Shown here piece after piece: positions 1 to 7,886 of a stretch of 64,000 nucleotides of DNA. The notes below the pieces were generated by a model, which saw only the letters and a program-made list of their open reading frames with translations, did not search any database and was not told where the DNA came from. Source of the stretch: Thermoplasmata archaeon (GTDB taxonomy: Archaea > Thermoplasmatota > SW-10-69-26 > JACQPN01 > JAJPHT01); assembly GCA_034667685.1 (NCBI GenBank), contig JAXDQU010000079.1:1-64000 (forward strand), written 5' to 3'. The position numbers and the translations under genes were made by a program. Numbering within the stretch: position 1 is the stretch's first letter; the number at the start of each line of letters is the position of its first letter.

Positions 1-316
1 CCCCCATTGGGGGGCGGGGCGTGCCCCCGCCGGGTCCGGGCAGAGCCCGGCTGGGATGGCTTGGACTGGCAACGGGGCCTTGGCTACCGGCAGCCGCACA
101 AGCACCCGTTACAGGCGGCATCCTCGCTGCCGTCGTGTCGGGCGCGCGCACGCGACCGACCGTGGGGGGCTCCGGGGGGCACGCCCCCCGGTGGGAGGGG
201 ATTGCGGGGAGGGCAAAGCCCTCCCCACGAATCTTCGGCGCCGATAGGCGCTCATGATTGGGGGTTCGGGGGCCGTGGCCCCCGAGCGGGGGAAAGGGGG
301 CGGCAGCTCCCCTTCC
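1..316. other. Cluster of GC-rich hairpins, putative rolling-circle origin (dso/sso)
   Basis: Stems at 16-27, 36-50, 137-160, 172-191, 206-226, 266-285 and ~291-316, several preceded by G-runs. No credible CDS here. Confidence 0.55.
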
Positions 317-416
317 TAAAAAAAGTCGAAGCTGGGGGCTGGCTTAGACAGGCAACCCACTTCCAGAACACTCTAACAAAATCGCCCTTGGTCCATGTCA
401 GCAGTATGCAGACGAC

Positions 417-668
417 ATGACAAGGCATCTTGTAAGTCTCCTGCGCAAAACAGAGCAGGCCGCGCTTCGGAAGGAGATCATCGCCCGCTTGAACGTGGCA
501 GAATCGACGCTCCGAGAGTTCGCGGAACAGCAGCAGCTTGAGTACGACGCGCTGCCGCCGCCCTTTGTGGAGGCCGTCGTAAGCGCGTGCCTGAGCGGCG
601 TAGCAGACGCGCCCGATGAAGTACGCGGCCTGCGCCCCTCTCAAATCCGCGAGTCGGAAACGGAGTAG
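417..668 (+). CDS. Small helical hypothetical viral protein, possibly DNA-binding
   Basis: 83-aa ATG ORF with natural composition (IIARLNVAESTLREFAE could be an HTH). Confidence 0.55.
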   Translation: MTRHLVSLLRKTEQAALRKEIIARLNVAESTLREFAEQQQLEYDALPPPFVEAVVSACLSGVADAPDEVRGLRPSQIRESETE

Positions 669-828
669 GCGCAGCCGTCGCTCCGTCCGCATCGGATGGT
701 CATGGAGGGAGAGGGGGGACTGAAAGTTGTCGCGCGTTGCGTGACGCAAAACGGTCCCGAGAATCCCTGTCTGCTGCTCGCGCAGATAACAACGGGCGTG
801 CAGCCTGGCTCTCGGCCAGGTGGCCGCC

Positions 829-1161
829 ATGATGGAAACCACGCACACCGAATCTGACTCCGACCGCAATCCGAACGCCCCGCGCAGCCTCCGGGCGCGT
901 CTCGCGGCCAACAGGAAGGCCAGCGCGACGCGCCAGGACGCGGCCAACTTCGACATTCTGGACGCGGTGATCGGCATTTTCATCTTCGTGTCGATCATCG
1001 GTCTGGTCCCCGGCCAAATCCAGTCCGCCGTCGCCAACCTCACCGGCTTCCCCGGCGCGGGCACGCTGCTCAACCTCGTGCCCCTGCTGCTCGTGGCGAT
1101 CCTGGTGTACCGCATCTGGAACGGTCGCGGCAAGGGCAGCGCGCGCCGGAGCTACCGCTGA
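829..1161 (+). CDS. Major capsid protein, SSV1 VP1/VP3-like, with hydrophilic N-terminal propeptide
   Basis: Two hydrophobic helices (AVIGIFIFVSIIGLVP and TLLNLVPLLLVAILVYRIW), an NLT sequon in the loop and a basic C-tail. Matches SSV1 VP1 as I recall it. SD-like AGGTGG at 818-823; start at ATG 829 or 832. Confidence 0.8.
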   Translation: MMETTHTESDSDRNPNAPRSLRARLAANRKASATRQDAANFDILDAVIGIFIFVSIIGLVPGQIQSAVANLTGFPGAGTLLNLVPLLLVAILVYRIWNGRGKGSARRSYR

Positions 1162-1176
1162 AGGGGGACCCGGCGC

Positions 1177-1569
1177 ATGGTCACGGCGCGGTACACAACA
1201 GACCTTGACGGGGCGCACACCGCTCAGCCCAGCGGACCCACCGCGCCCGCGACAGACCCCAAGGCGGTCCGCTCGCGCCTCGTCGTCCCCCTTCTCAATC
1301 TCATCTTCGCCGGCATCCTCGACGCCCTGCTGACCCTCGTGGGGATCGCGCAGGGCGGGCGCGAGTTGAACCCCAGCGCCGTGTGGCTGCTCTCGCGCGG
1401 CCCGGTCGCCTTCGTCGGCGCCAGGGTCGCCACGCTGGCCCTCGTCGGCGCGGGCCTCCTGTACCTCGCCCCCTCCGCGCCGCGCACGGCCCGCGCGTGC
1501 GTCGTCGCGCTCGTCCTCTTCTTCGCCCTCGTGGACGCCTTCAGCCTCTTCCAGTTGGTGAAGCCATGA
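1177..1569 (+). CDS. DUF5658-like membrane protein
   Basis: Motif LDALLTLVGIAQGGRELNP with 3-4 TM segments. Confidence 0.7.
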   Translation: MVTARYTTDLDGAHTAQPSGPTAPATDPKAVRSRLVVPLLNLIFAGILDALLTLVGIAQGGRELNPSAVWLLSRGPVAFVGARVATLALVGAGLLYLAPSAPRTARACVVALVLFFALVDAFSLFQLVKP

Positions 1570-4184
1570 CCTCCCGCTCCCTCTCCGCGTTCTTCCTCGC
1601 GCTGCTCATCACGCTCCCCGCCCTCGTCCTCCTGACACCCACCGCCGCCGCGCTTCCCAACGGAAACGACCCGTGGCAACAGGAGATTTGGCGTCAGGCC
1701 GCCCCAGGCTCGTACTCGTCCTCGTACACCTGTGGCCCCTGCCCCAGCACGGGCACGACCGGAACCGCCTCCCTCCAGCCGGGCGACTACTATGTGGTCG
1801 TCAACGCCGGCTGTAACTCGTGCAGCGGACCTTTCAGCTACGTCCTCAACGGCGTCGGTCAAGTCAACTGGAACAACGATGGCAGCGTGTCCCTCTCCAG
1901 TGTCGGGGCGAGCGTCAGCGCGTACCAATTCCTCCAGTGGGGCGGCTGCTCCACGGGCTGCTATGCCGATCTCGCCGTGACGATCTCCAGCGCCGTCACA
2001 CTCTCGTTCAACGGCTTCAACAGCTTCGGCATGGCCTCGTGCGGCTTCGGGTGCAGCTACGGCGGCGGCACGCTGAGCACGAACGCGCTTAGCGGCTACG
2101 GCTTCGTGGGCGGCTTCTGGACGGGCTACTCGGGCGCGCAGAATTATCACGCCATGTGGTTCAGCGCGGCCTCCCAACTCAGCGAGGCCGGCATCCTTTC
2201 AACGCAGATGACGCGCACCCCCACGACTACCCAATGGACGTGGACCCAGGTTCAGGGCGACGTGCAGCTCGTCAACGCCGCGAACAGCAACGCCGGCACG
2301 CTCGTCAGCGGCGTGCAGAGCGTGACCGCCGACCTGACAAAAGGTGCGTTCATCGACACCACCGCGTTCCGCTGGGCGCCCAGCGCCGTTGCCAACGGAT
2401 GCAGCGGCGCGACGATCCAGCTTGCCGTCAGCGCCAACATGGCGTACCCCTGGAACGTCTCGGCGGAAATCGCCAACCTCTCCTTCCCCGTCACGCAAGA
2501 CGCCAACACGGGCGGAACGTCATTCGTCACCGTTGACTGGTCGAACGCGCTTGCGTCGAGCGACCGCGCCCTCACCTTCGGCACGCCCACGATCAGCGTT
2601 GCGGGCAGCACGCTCACAAAGGGCACCGCCGCGTACTACTCCAATTTCCCGCCCAGCATCGCAGCCGGCGGCACGTTCTATCTCCACTGGAACCTCCTGG
2701 GAACCGCCAACTGCGCCGCCGTCATGCAATACAACGGAGGCAACCCCTACTCGGGCGGCTCGATCTACACGGACAGCGGTACGGCATGGACCCAGCAGAC
2801 GGTACAGGACGTGAACCAACTCGTGATGAACGTCTATGGCGGCACCACGATCCTCTACACCGCCAACGAGGTACAGAAGGACGTGGGCGGCGCGTCGTAC
2901 CTCTACGTCTGCGAGGTACAGAAGGACGCGCAGCCCCAGCGGTACACGCTCAGCACGAGCTACGGCGGCGCCGCGCGCATCGGCAGCTATCAGGCCGCCG
3001 GCTCCAGCGTGTGCAACGGCGTGACCTCCACGAGCCAGCAGCAGACGATCCAGGAATGGCGCATCGGGTACGAATCCCAGGTGAACGTCACGCAGAGCGT
3101 AACGCTCAGCCTCAACGTAACGGGCGCCTCGCGCAACCTCCTGTACGTCGGCACGCTGGCCGGCACGCAGCCCACCCGGCCCAACGTTGCGTCCGGCTTC
3201 GGCTTCGCCGCGACCGGGTACAACACCATCACCGCATACAAGCTGTTCAGCACAAACGACTACTTCGCCAACCTCACCGTGCAGGTCCGCGCGTGCGCGC
3301 TCATCAACGCGGACGGATCATGCGGCGACAGCGTGACGGGCACCTACGGAGCGCCGATCCCCAACGGAACGTATGTCGGCACGGTAAGCAGCCTGCGCGC
3401 CTTCGCCGGTCAGTGGAACGCCTCGGGCTACTTCAGCGTGAGCGGCCAGGACGTGCAGGGCGGCGCCGTCGCCGTCACGATCTCTGCCTCGGGCTACGTC
3501 ACGGACTCAGGCGTGGTCATCAACGTGCCCAGCGCCCCCGGAAACTACACCGTCACGTTGACCCTGCTCCCCGCAGCGCAGGGCACGGGCCTGAGCGTCA
3601 AGCAGAGCAGCGTACAAGTGACGTTCAACGTCACCGCGCCGCAGTTCGTCAGTGGACAGGTCATCGCGGTCAGCGTCAACCGCACGCTGAACGTTGACCT
3701 GTGGGTGATCCTCTTCCAGCTTGACGGGAACGGGAACCCTCTCCAGGCGCGCGGCTTCACTCCGTTCGACTGGACGCCGAGCCAAACGAATCAGCTTGAC
3801 GTTGCATGGCCGGATGGACGCACGCTCAACGACGCCGACAGCGGCGGCTACGTCTTGGGCGTGTTCATCAAGGCGACGACCACGACCAAGGGCGTCCTTG
3901 TCGCGCAAGACCCCATCGGCGTCAATCAGGCCGCCCCGCGCGTCGGTACGTCCCTCCTGACCAACCTCAACGTGGCCGGGCAGAACGATATCTCCGCGCA
4001 AGCCCAGGTCAACGCCGCCGTCACAACGGGCCTCGTCACCGAAGCGACTGTTCAACAGGACTTCTTGACGTGGCTCGACTGGTTCCCGCGTGTCGATTTC
4101 TTCCTGCCGAACGCGGTCCTCTACCCGGTCATGTTCATGGTGGGTGCCCTCATGCTCCGCTTCGGGCGCAACGGGGGGCGCTGA
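1566..4184 (+). CDS. Large secreted beta-rich glycoprotein with C-terminal membrane anchor (putative receptor-binding/tail protein, 872 aa)
   Basis: ATGA overlap at 1566. Signal peptide, S/T/G/N-rich sequence, many NxS/T sequons, paired Cys, and a C-terminal TM followed by Arg. Confidence 0.8.
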   Translation: MTSRSLSAFFLALLITLPALVLLTPTAAALPNGNDPWQQEIWRQAAPGSYSSSYTCGPCPSTGTTGTASLQPGDYYVVVNAGCNSCSGPFSYVLNGVGQVNWNNDGSVSLSSVGASVSAYQFLQWGGCSTGCYADLAVTISSAVTLSFNGFNSFGMASCGFGCSYGGGTLSTNALSGYGFVGGFWTGYSGAQNYHAMWFSAASQLSEAGILSTQMTRTPTTTQWTWTQVQGDVQLVNAANSNAGTLVSGVQSVTADLTKGAFIDTTAFRWAPSAVANGCSGATIQLAVSANMAYPWNVSAEIANLSFPVTQDANTGGTSFVTVDWSNALASSDRALTFGTPTISVAGSTLTKGTAAYYSNFPPSIAAGGTFYLHWNLLGTANCAAVMQYNGGNPYSGGSIYTDSGTAWTQQTVQDVNQLVMNVYGGTTILYTANEVQKDVGGASYLYVCEVQKDAQPQRYTLSTSYGGAARIGSYQAAGSSVCNGVTSTSQQQTIQEWRIGYESQVNVTQSVTLSLNVTGASRNLLYVGTLAGTQPTRPNVASGFGFAATGYNTITAYKLFSTNDYFANLTVQVRACALINADGSCGDSVTGTYGAPIPNGTYVGTVSSLRAFAGQWNASGYFSVSGQDVQGGAVAVTISASGYVTDSGVVINVPSAPGNYTVTLTLLPAAQGTGLSVKQSSVQVTFNVTAPQFVSGQVIAVSVNRTLNVDLWVILFQLDGNGNPLQARGFTPFDWTPSQTNQLDVAWPDGRTLNDADSGGYVLGVFIKATTTTKGVLVAQDPIGVNQAAPRVGTSLLTNLNVAGQNDISAQAQVNAAVTTGLVTEATVQQDFLTWLDWFPRVDFFLPNAVLYPVMFMVGALMLRFGRNGGR

Positions 4185-5479
4185 CCATCGCCGCCCCCAT
4201 CCCCCACGCGGGCCGCACGCTCGCCCTGGTCCTCGTCGCTCTCGTCGCGCTCGCACCGATCACCGACGCGCGCACACTCCCGGTCCCCGACAGCGTACAG
4301 CAGACCGTGGACCTCGGAGAGATCACCTCGCAGACGTGGAGCTACGCCTTCAGCGCCCAATCCTTCGACACCGCGAGCGACGGGACCACGCCCACGTCAG
4401 TCCACTACTTCAACCAGATCGTGACCTACGACGTAGGCAGCGCCCCCGGCGGATTCTGGACCGCCACCATCGGCGGAACGTGGCTCGGCAACGTGTTCAA
4501 CGTCGCGCCCCCACCCACGCGCAGCTATCAAACGAGCGTCCTCTGGAACGGGACCGCACGGCTCAACATGACAACCACGTTCACGCTGGGCGGCGGGAGC
4601 GGCACAAGCGCCTTCGCGTGGCAAGTCTGCAATCAGGTCAACTACGCCTCCGGCGGGACCACCTACGGCGCGACCAAGGCGTGCGACTCGAAATATTGGG
4701 GCGGCAACCCCACGCACTTGTCCCACTCGTTCCACTTCGGCAACATTACCCTGGGCGGGCAGAACGTAACCGGATGGAGCGTCACGTTCACGGGCTCGCA
4801 CGTCGAGGACCAATCCTTTTCCTCGCTGGACCTTCTGGTGCCGAGCTCGAACGCACCCCATGCAACCGCCACGATCTCCAGCAGCGCGACGGCGATCAGT
4901 GGCGACCTCGCGCACGTCACCGTCGATTACTTGGCCGCGACCAACACGAATTACGCCGCCATCGACGCGGGCGCCATCAAGGCGAAGTGCGACGGCTTTG
5001 ATTGCCTCGCCATCAAGGCCGCCGATACCGTGTTCGGCGTCCTCGATCACGTCCTTACCCTGGTCTTTGACAAGCTCGGCACCGGCACCACGCAGGGCCA
5101 TGACGCCGCAGGCCGCGCCGCCGATGCCGTCACGAACATGGCGAGTATCTTCATCGGCATCCCCACGACGCTGACCGCCCTCTTCTTCCTGCACCCTGGC
5201 AAGTCGTTCCTCGCGCTCTCCGACTACCTGCTCATCCTGGGTATCGTCCGCTACGGCAGCAGCCCAATGGCCGAAGTCAGCGTGATCTGGATGACGCCCG
5301 TTCGCTTCTGGTTCGCCGTGGGGCGCGGGATCGTCGCCTTCTCCGTGTGGCTGTGGAGTCTCGTGGAACGCGCCTTCCAGGCGTTGCTCGACGCAAGCCC
5401 CATCACGCTCATGATTATCGGCGGCCTCGTCCTGGGCGCGGCCATCGGCGCGTTGATCGTCAAGCTCGCGGGGGGATGA
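4181..5479 (+). CDS. Second virion membrane protein: signal peptide, beta domain and several C-terminal TM helices (~432 aa; non-canonical start)
   Basis: Hydrophobic leader RTLALVLVALVALAP with no in-frame ATG/GTG/TTG close before it. CTG 4181 overlaps the upstream TGA. Confidence 0.7.
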   Translation: MTIAAPIPHAGRTLALVLVALVALAPITDARTLPVPDSVQQTVDLGEITSQTWSYAFSAQSFDTASDGTTPTSVHYFNQIVTYDVGSAPGGFWTATIGGTWLGNVFNVAPPPTRSYQTSVLWNGTARLNMTTTFTLGGGSGTSAFAWQVCNQVNYASGGTTYGATKACDSKYWGGNPTHLSHSFHFGNITLGGQNVTGWSVTFTGSHVEDQSFSSLDLLVPSSNAPHATATISSSATAISGDLAHVTVDYLAATNTNYAAIDAGAIKAKCDGFDCLAIKAADTVFGVLDHVLTLVFDKLGTGTTQGHDAAGRAADAVTNMASIFIGIPTTLTALFFLHPGKSFLALSDYLLILGIVRYGSSPMAEVSVIWMTPVRFWFAVGRGIVAFSVWLWSLVERAFQALLDASPITLMIIGGLVLGAAIGALIVKLAGG

Positions 5480-5676
5480 GCCTGAACCTCCTGTCCTACT
5501 TCTTCAACGCCGTCAACGTGTTCAACAGCGACCGCCCACGCCACCGCCGCGTCGATCTGATGCGGAGCGGGCGCCGCGCCTGGACCTGGGCGCAGCGCCA
5601 CCCCATCCCCGCGACCGTCGCCCTCGGCTTCGTCGCGCTGCTGATCCTCTTCGCGTGGCTCGCCTGGGGGCTCTGA
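5476..5676 (+). CDS. Small single-TM viral protein (66 aa)
   Basis: ATGA overlap; C-terminal hydrophobic helix. Confidence 0.7.
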   Translation: MSLNLLSYFFNAVNVFNSDRPRHRRVDLMRSGRRAWTWAQRHPIPATVALGFVALLILFAWLAWGL

Positions 5677-5678
5677 CC

Positions 5679-5945
5679 GTGGTGGACACCGCCTTCGATC
5701 CCTTCGTGCAACCCCTCGTGTACGCCGGGATCACGCTGGCCGCGACGATGGCAAGCCTCTGGATCGCGCGCCAGCGCGGCATCCTCGGAAAGCTCAGCGT
5801 GGGCTCCCTGCTCATCATCACCGCCCTATGGGCGGCCCTGCAAGACGTACAGCCCGCAGCCGCAACGTTCCGCTGGCTCGCCGTCCTCATCACGTCGGGC
5901 TGGGCTATCATTGTCCTCTATTCGCTCAAGAAGGACGGGAGGTGA
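5679..5945 (+). CDS. Small 3-TM viral membrane protein
   Basis: Three hydrophobic segments; start at GTG 5679 or CTG 5673 overlapping the upstream stop. Confidence 0.7.
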   Translation: MVDTAFDPFVQPLVYAGITLAATMASLWIARQRGILGKLSVGSLLIITALWAALQDVQPAAATFRWLAVLITSGWAIIVLYSLKKDGR

Positions 5946-5949
5946 AAAC

Positions 5950-6096
5950 ATAGCATACGGACGCAAGAAGTGGAGCCCCGGCTTCGCGCTCGGCTACCGC
6001 GTCGGCTTCCGCCGTGGCTTCAACGGCGCGAAGCGCGCGCCGGGCGCGTATCGCATCTACAACGGCCAGCGCCGCCGCTACGAGTTCAGATCGTAG
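5950..6096 (+). CDS. Small highly basic protein, putative genome-condensing (VP2-like) nucleoprotein, ATA start
   Basis: GGAGGTGA at 5938-5945 followed by ATA 5950. 48 aa with 13 R/K and 1 acidic residue; GF/GY-xx-G repeats. Confidence 0.6.
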   Translation: MAYGRKKWSPGFALGYRVGFRRGFNGAKRAPGAYRIYNGQRRRYEFRS

Positions 6097-6171
6097 CGTA
6101 GGCCAATTTCCCCGAGCAACACCGCGCGCCTTAGCTTCGCTGCTGCCGCGCGGAATAGGAGACACAACACA

Positions 6172-6756
6172 ATGGCACTCTGGTCATGGATCAAAGACAA
6201 GCTCGGCAGCGGTGGAGAACGTGTCGTCGTCATCTGGAGCCGCGACCATCACGTTGAGTTCGTCCCGTGCGTCATCGACCCACTTCTGCGCCTCGTGCGC
6301 TCCGGCGCGGGACAGTCCTGGCCCCGGCCCTCGTTCGACCCGACACCGGACGGCAAGGCAACGTTCTACCTCGCGGCGGGAGACAAGATCATCCCGTGGC
6401 CCACGCGCGAGAAGCCCGCGTATGACGTGATGGACGACGGCACGCGCATCGAGATCACGCCCGAATACCTCGACCAACTCACGCGCGACAGCGACACCGA
6501 GGCGTGGCTGCGCGGCGCGCGGGGAATGTCCGTCATGGACCGTCTCATGCACCTGGGCGCGGGCGCCGCCCTCGGCATGGTCCTGACCTTCTTCCTCCTG
6601 AAGCTCGTCGGCTTCGTCGGCAACAAGGTCAGCAGCGGCAGCGGCACGACCGTCACGATTTCCAACACGACGGCCAACGCCACGGCGGTAGCCCCTGCCA
6701 TCATCCTCCACGCGCTCCACGTCGGCGCCCTCGCGCTGGGTGGGTGGTCCGCATGA
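6172..6756 (+). CDS. Viral membrane protein with C-terminal TM segments
   Basis: AGGAG SD; 194 aa; soluble N-domain followed by hydrophobic helices. Confidence 0.75.
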   Translation: MALWSWIKDKLGSGGERVVVIWSRDHHVEFVPCVIDPLLRLVRSGAGQSWPRPSFDPTPDGKATFYLAAGDKIIPWPTREKPAYDVMDDGTRIEITPEYLDQLTRDSDTEAWLRGARGMSVMDRLMHLGAGAALGMVLTFFLLKLVGFVGNKVSSGSGTTVTISNTTANATAVAPAIILHALHVGALALGGWSA

Positions 6757-6992
6757 TCCCCCTCGCCCGCTTCCGCATCTACTCCCGCACGGGCAGCGCG
6801 AAGGCGTACCTCAAGATCGACGGCACGCCCCCGACCCACGCATGGGTCCGAGGCTGGCGAGACGCCACGGCCTTCCTGACCCACAAGGACGCGGAGGCCG
6901 CCCTCCACGCCGCCCAAGCCCTCGAACCCGACCGCCCCATGTGCGTCGTCATGTGGGGGACGCGCCAGGCCCTTCTCCCCGGAGGCCGGTAG
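6753..6992 (+). CDS. Hypothetical viral protein (79 aa)
   Basis: ATGA overlap with the upstream gene; abuts the next ATG. Confidence 0.65.
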   Translation: MIPLARFRIYSRTGSAKAYLKIDGTPPTHAWVRGWRDATAFLTHKDAEAALHAAQALEPDRPMCVVMWGTRQALLPGGR

Positions 6993-7349
6993 ATGCCCGA
7001 CCCCGCCGAGCAGGCCAGCGCCGACTCCCACCAGAAGATCGTCCTGGGCTTCCGCAACCCCGAGGACGCATGGCTCAGCCAAGCCAGGATCGAGCGCGGA
7101 GACGCCCTCGTGTGGGGCATCTTCCTCGCCCGCCACGCGCGCCGCGCCAGCCGCAACGCCCACCGCGTTCTGATCGCCACCAAGACCGCCCTCGCCACGC
7201 GCAGCGAGGACGCATGGGGCAGCCACGAGGCCGCCGACGTGGCGAAGCTCCGCGTCGGAGGCCCCGCCAGCGCCCTCGACCAACTGCTCGGCAAGGAACC
7301 GCCCCCCGCCGAGACAGAGCCCGCGTCCCCCTCGGGGGGATCGTCCTGA
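6993..7349 (+). CDS. Hypothetical viral protein (118 aa)
   Basis: GGAGG upstream; TAG-ATG adjacency. Confidence 0.65.
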   Translation: MPDPAEQASADSHQKIVLGFRNPEDAWLSQARIERGDALVWGIFLARHARRASRNAHRVLIATKTALATRSEDAWGSHEAADVAKLRVGGPASALDQLLGKEPPPAETEPASPSGGSS

Positions 7350-7606
7350 AGGTGGAGATCCAAAGCGGGCACGACCTTGAGTCCGATTGGGACCGCGAGC
7401 TCGACGCCACCCTCCGCGCGTGGTCCACGTTCCTCAAGGATCACGCCGCCCAGGTGGACCACGCCCCCGGCCTGCTCCTGCTGATCCGCGCGCAACTGCA
7501 CGCCGCCCGCGCCCTGCTCGACGCCTACATGACGCGCGGCGACGACCCCCAGCGCGACACGCGCGCCCCCTGGTGGCAGCGCCGGGAGGACCATGCCCCC
7601 CGATGA
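7346..7606 (+). CDS. Hypothetical helical viral protein (~86 aa)
   Basis: Fills the operon gap; start at CTG 7346 (CTGA overlap) or GTG 7352. Confidence 0.55.
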   Translation: MKVEIQSGHDLESDWDRELDATLRAWSTFLKDHAAQVDHAPGLLLLIRAQLHAARALLDAYMTRGDDPQRDTRAPWWQRREDHAPR

Positions 7607-7886
7607 GGCCGGCGCCGGCCTCACGCCCCAGCAGCGCGCGGACCTGTTCTGGAACGCAGCGGGCGCGACCGCCGGCCTTCTCTTCGGCATGATCGGCCAG
7701 GAGTTCAGCGAACACGAGAAGTGGACCACGGGCGCGAGCCTCTACCTCGTCCCCGCCGGCCTGCGCCTCGCCGTCAGGATCGCGGGCTGGATCGTCTGCG
7801 CCAGGATCGTGTGGAAGGCGTGGCGGCAGGCGGACGCGGCCCTGGACGCCACGCCCGCGCCCATCGAGGACGGGGGCACCCCATGA
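7593..7886 (+). CDS. Small 2-TM viral protein
   Basis: GGAGG SD; two hydrophobic segments; ATGA overlap with the ATPase. Confidence 0.65.
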   Translation: MPPDEAGAGLTPQQRADLFWNAAGATAGLLFGMIGQEFSEHEKWTTGASLYLVPAGLRLAVRIAGWIVCARIVWKAWRQADAALDATPAPIEDGGTP

